Shown: positions 7,213 to 7,830 of the stretch, in pieces
Layout of the letters: every line of letters starts with the position of its first letter
How positions within the stretch are numbered: the first letter of the stretch is position 1
Source of the DNA: a virus
Taxonomy: Duplodnaviria; Heunggongvirae; Uroviricota; Caudoviricetes
Virus record (IMG/VR): IMGVR_UViG_2648501485_000012
Length of the DNA: 7,830 bases
Strand: one strand, 5' to 3'
Notes under the pieces: generated by a model
Seen by the model: the letters and a program-made list of their open reading frames with translations, nothing else
Told to the model about the DNA's origin: nothing
Database searches by the model: none
Made by a program: the position numbers and the translations under genes

Positions 7213-7830
7213 TTACTGCGAAAGTTTGTTAATGGAAAGGAAGCCGCCAAAGTTGCCGACGTTATTGCGAAACTTACAGCCGCTCAGGCATTTGCTGCAT
7301 TTATCCTTCGTGATATCGGACGTTGGCTGGTCATATTCATCCGCGACCGCCGGACCGTGATAACCGCACTCACCGCCGCGATAGGTCCAGGTGCAGGTGT
7401 TGGCCAGCATGATACGTCCCGGAAAAACAGCGCCATCCGTTTCCGTCGGCGTGGACAGTACAAAGGAGGCACTCACCGCGCTCAGTTCGCTGCACTGCTC
7501 AATGCGCCAGCGGCTGATCACCTCCTGCTCCGGATCGGCGTCACTGTTTCCGTTGACGAAGTTCACCGCATCCAGAAAACGGGCGTAAACCTTACGCCGG
7601 ACCACCGTTCCGCCGACCAGACTCTGCAGATCTTCCGCCATCCCGGTGACCATACCGTACAGGTTAGAAACCGTCAGCGTGGGGCGCGTACTGGTGCCTT
7701 TGCCATTCAGTTCAAAACCACTCCCCTGAATGGGATACGGCTGATACTGTCGCCCCTGCCAGGTGACCGGCTCACCTTTTTCGTTCTGCTCATTACAGAA
7801 AAAATAACGTTCTCCACCGACCTCTGTCAG
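7213..7830 (-). CDS. L: Minor tail protein L (tail tip); C-terminal 205 codons plus stop, N-terminus beyond the window end
   Basis: Hand translation from 7830 downward gives LTEVGGERYFFCNEQNEKGEPVTWQGRQYQPYPIQGSGFELNGKGTSTRPTLTVSNLYGM, then VTGMAEDLQSLVGG...SINKLSQ and a TAA stop. This matches my recollection of lambda gpL. The frame is open to the window edge, so the 7213..7653 ORF in the track is an internal-Met truncation. Confidence 0.92.
   Translation of the reverse strand: MTEVGGERYFFCNEQNEKGEPVTWQGRQYQPYPIQGSGFELNGKGTSTRPTLTVSNLYGMVTGMAEDLQSLVGGTVVRRKVYARFLDAVNFVNGNSDADPEQEVISRWRIEQCSELSAVSASFVLSTPTETDGAVFPGRIMLANTCTWTYRGGECGYHGPAVADEYDQPTSDITKDKCSKCLSGCKFRNNVGNFGGFLSINKLSQ

Noticed and set aside
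1-7830. A novel defence or otherwise undescribed system hidden in the window
   Set aside because: Every stretch of the window is accounted for by six contiguous minus-strand genes of a canonical lambdoid tail-tip module with very short intergenic spacers. There is no unexplained ORF, repeat array or non-coding island large enough to host an additional system.

Overview
The whole window is the distal end of a lambdoid (lambda-like siphovirus) prophage tail operon, read entirely on the minus strand: L (5' end outside the window) - K - I - J - lom - stf (3' end outside the window). Genes are tightly packed, and K and I overlap out of frame. I found no convincing plus-strand gene, tRNA, rRNA, CRISPR array, IS element or att site. 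The long plus-strand and alternate-frame ORFs in the track are antisense or off-frame shadows of J and of the Ala/Ser/Thr-rich repeat region of stf. Product calls rest on my own translation of the minus strand compared with my recollection of phage lambda proteins; no database search was possible. I do not see a novel or undescribed system here; this is a well-known tail-tip module. The points worth a second look are: (1) a J C-terminal receptor-binding region and a central J segment that appear to differ from lambda J, suggesting a mosaic with altered receptor specificity; (2) the lom moron, bracketed by two textbook intrinsic-terminator hairpins; (3) a K reading frame that starts 48 codons upstream of the classical lambda K start and carries a JAMM motif; (4) a degenerate repeat tract in stf.
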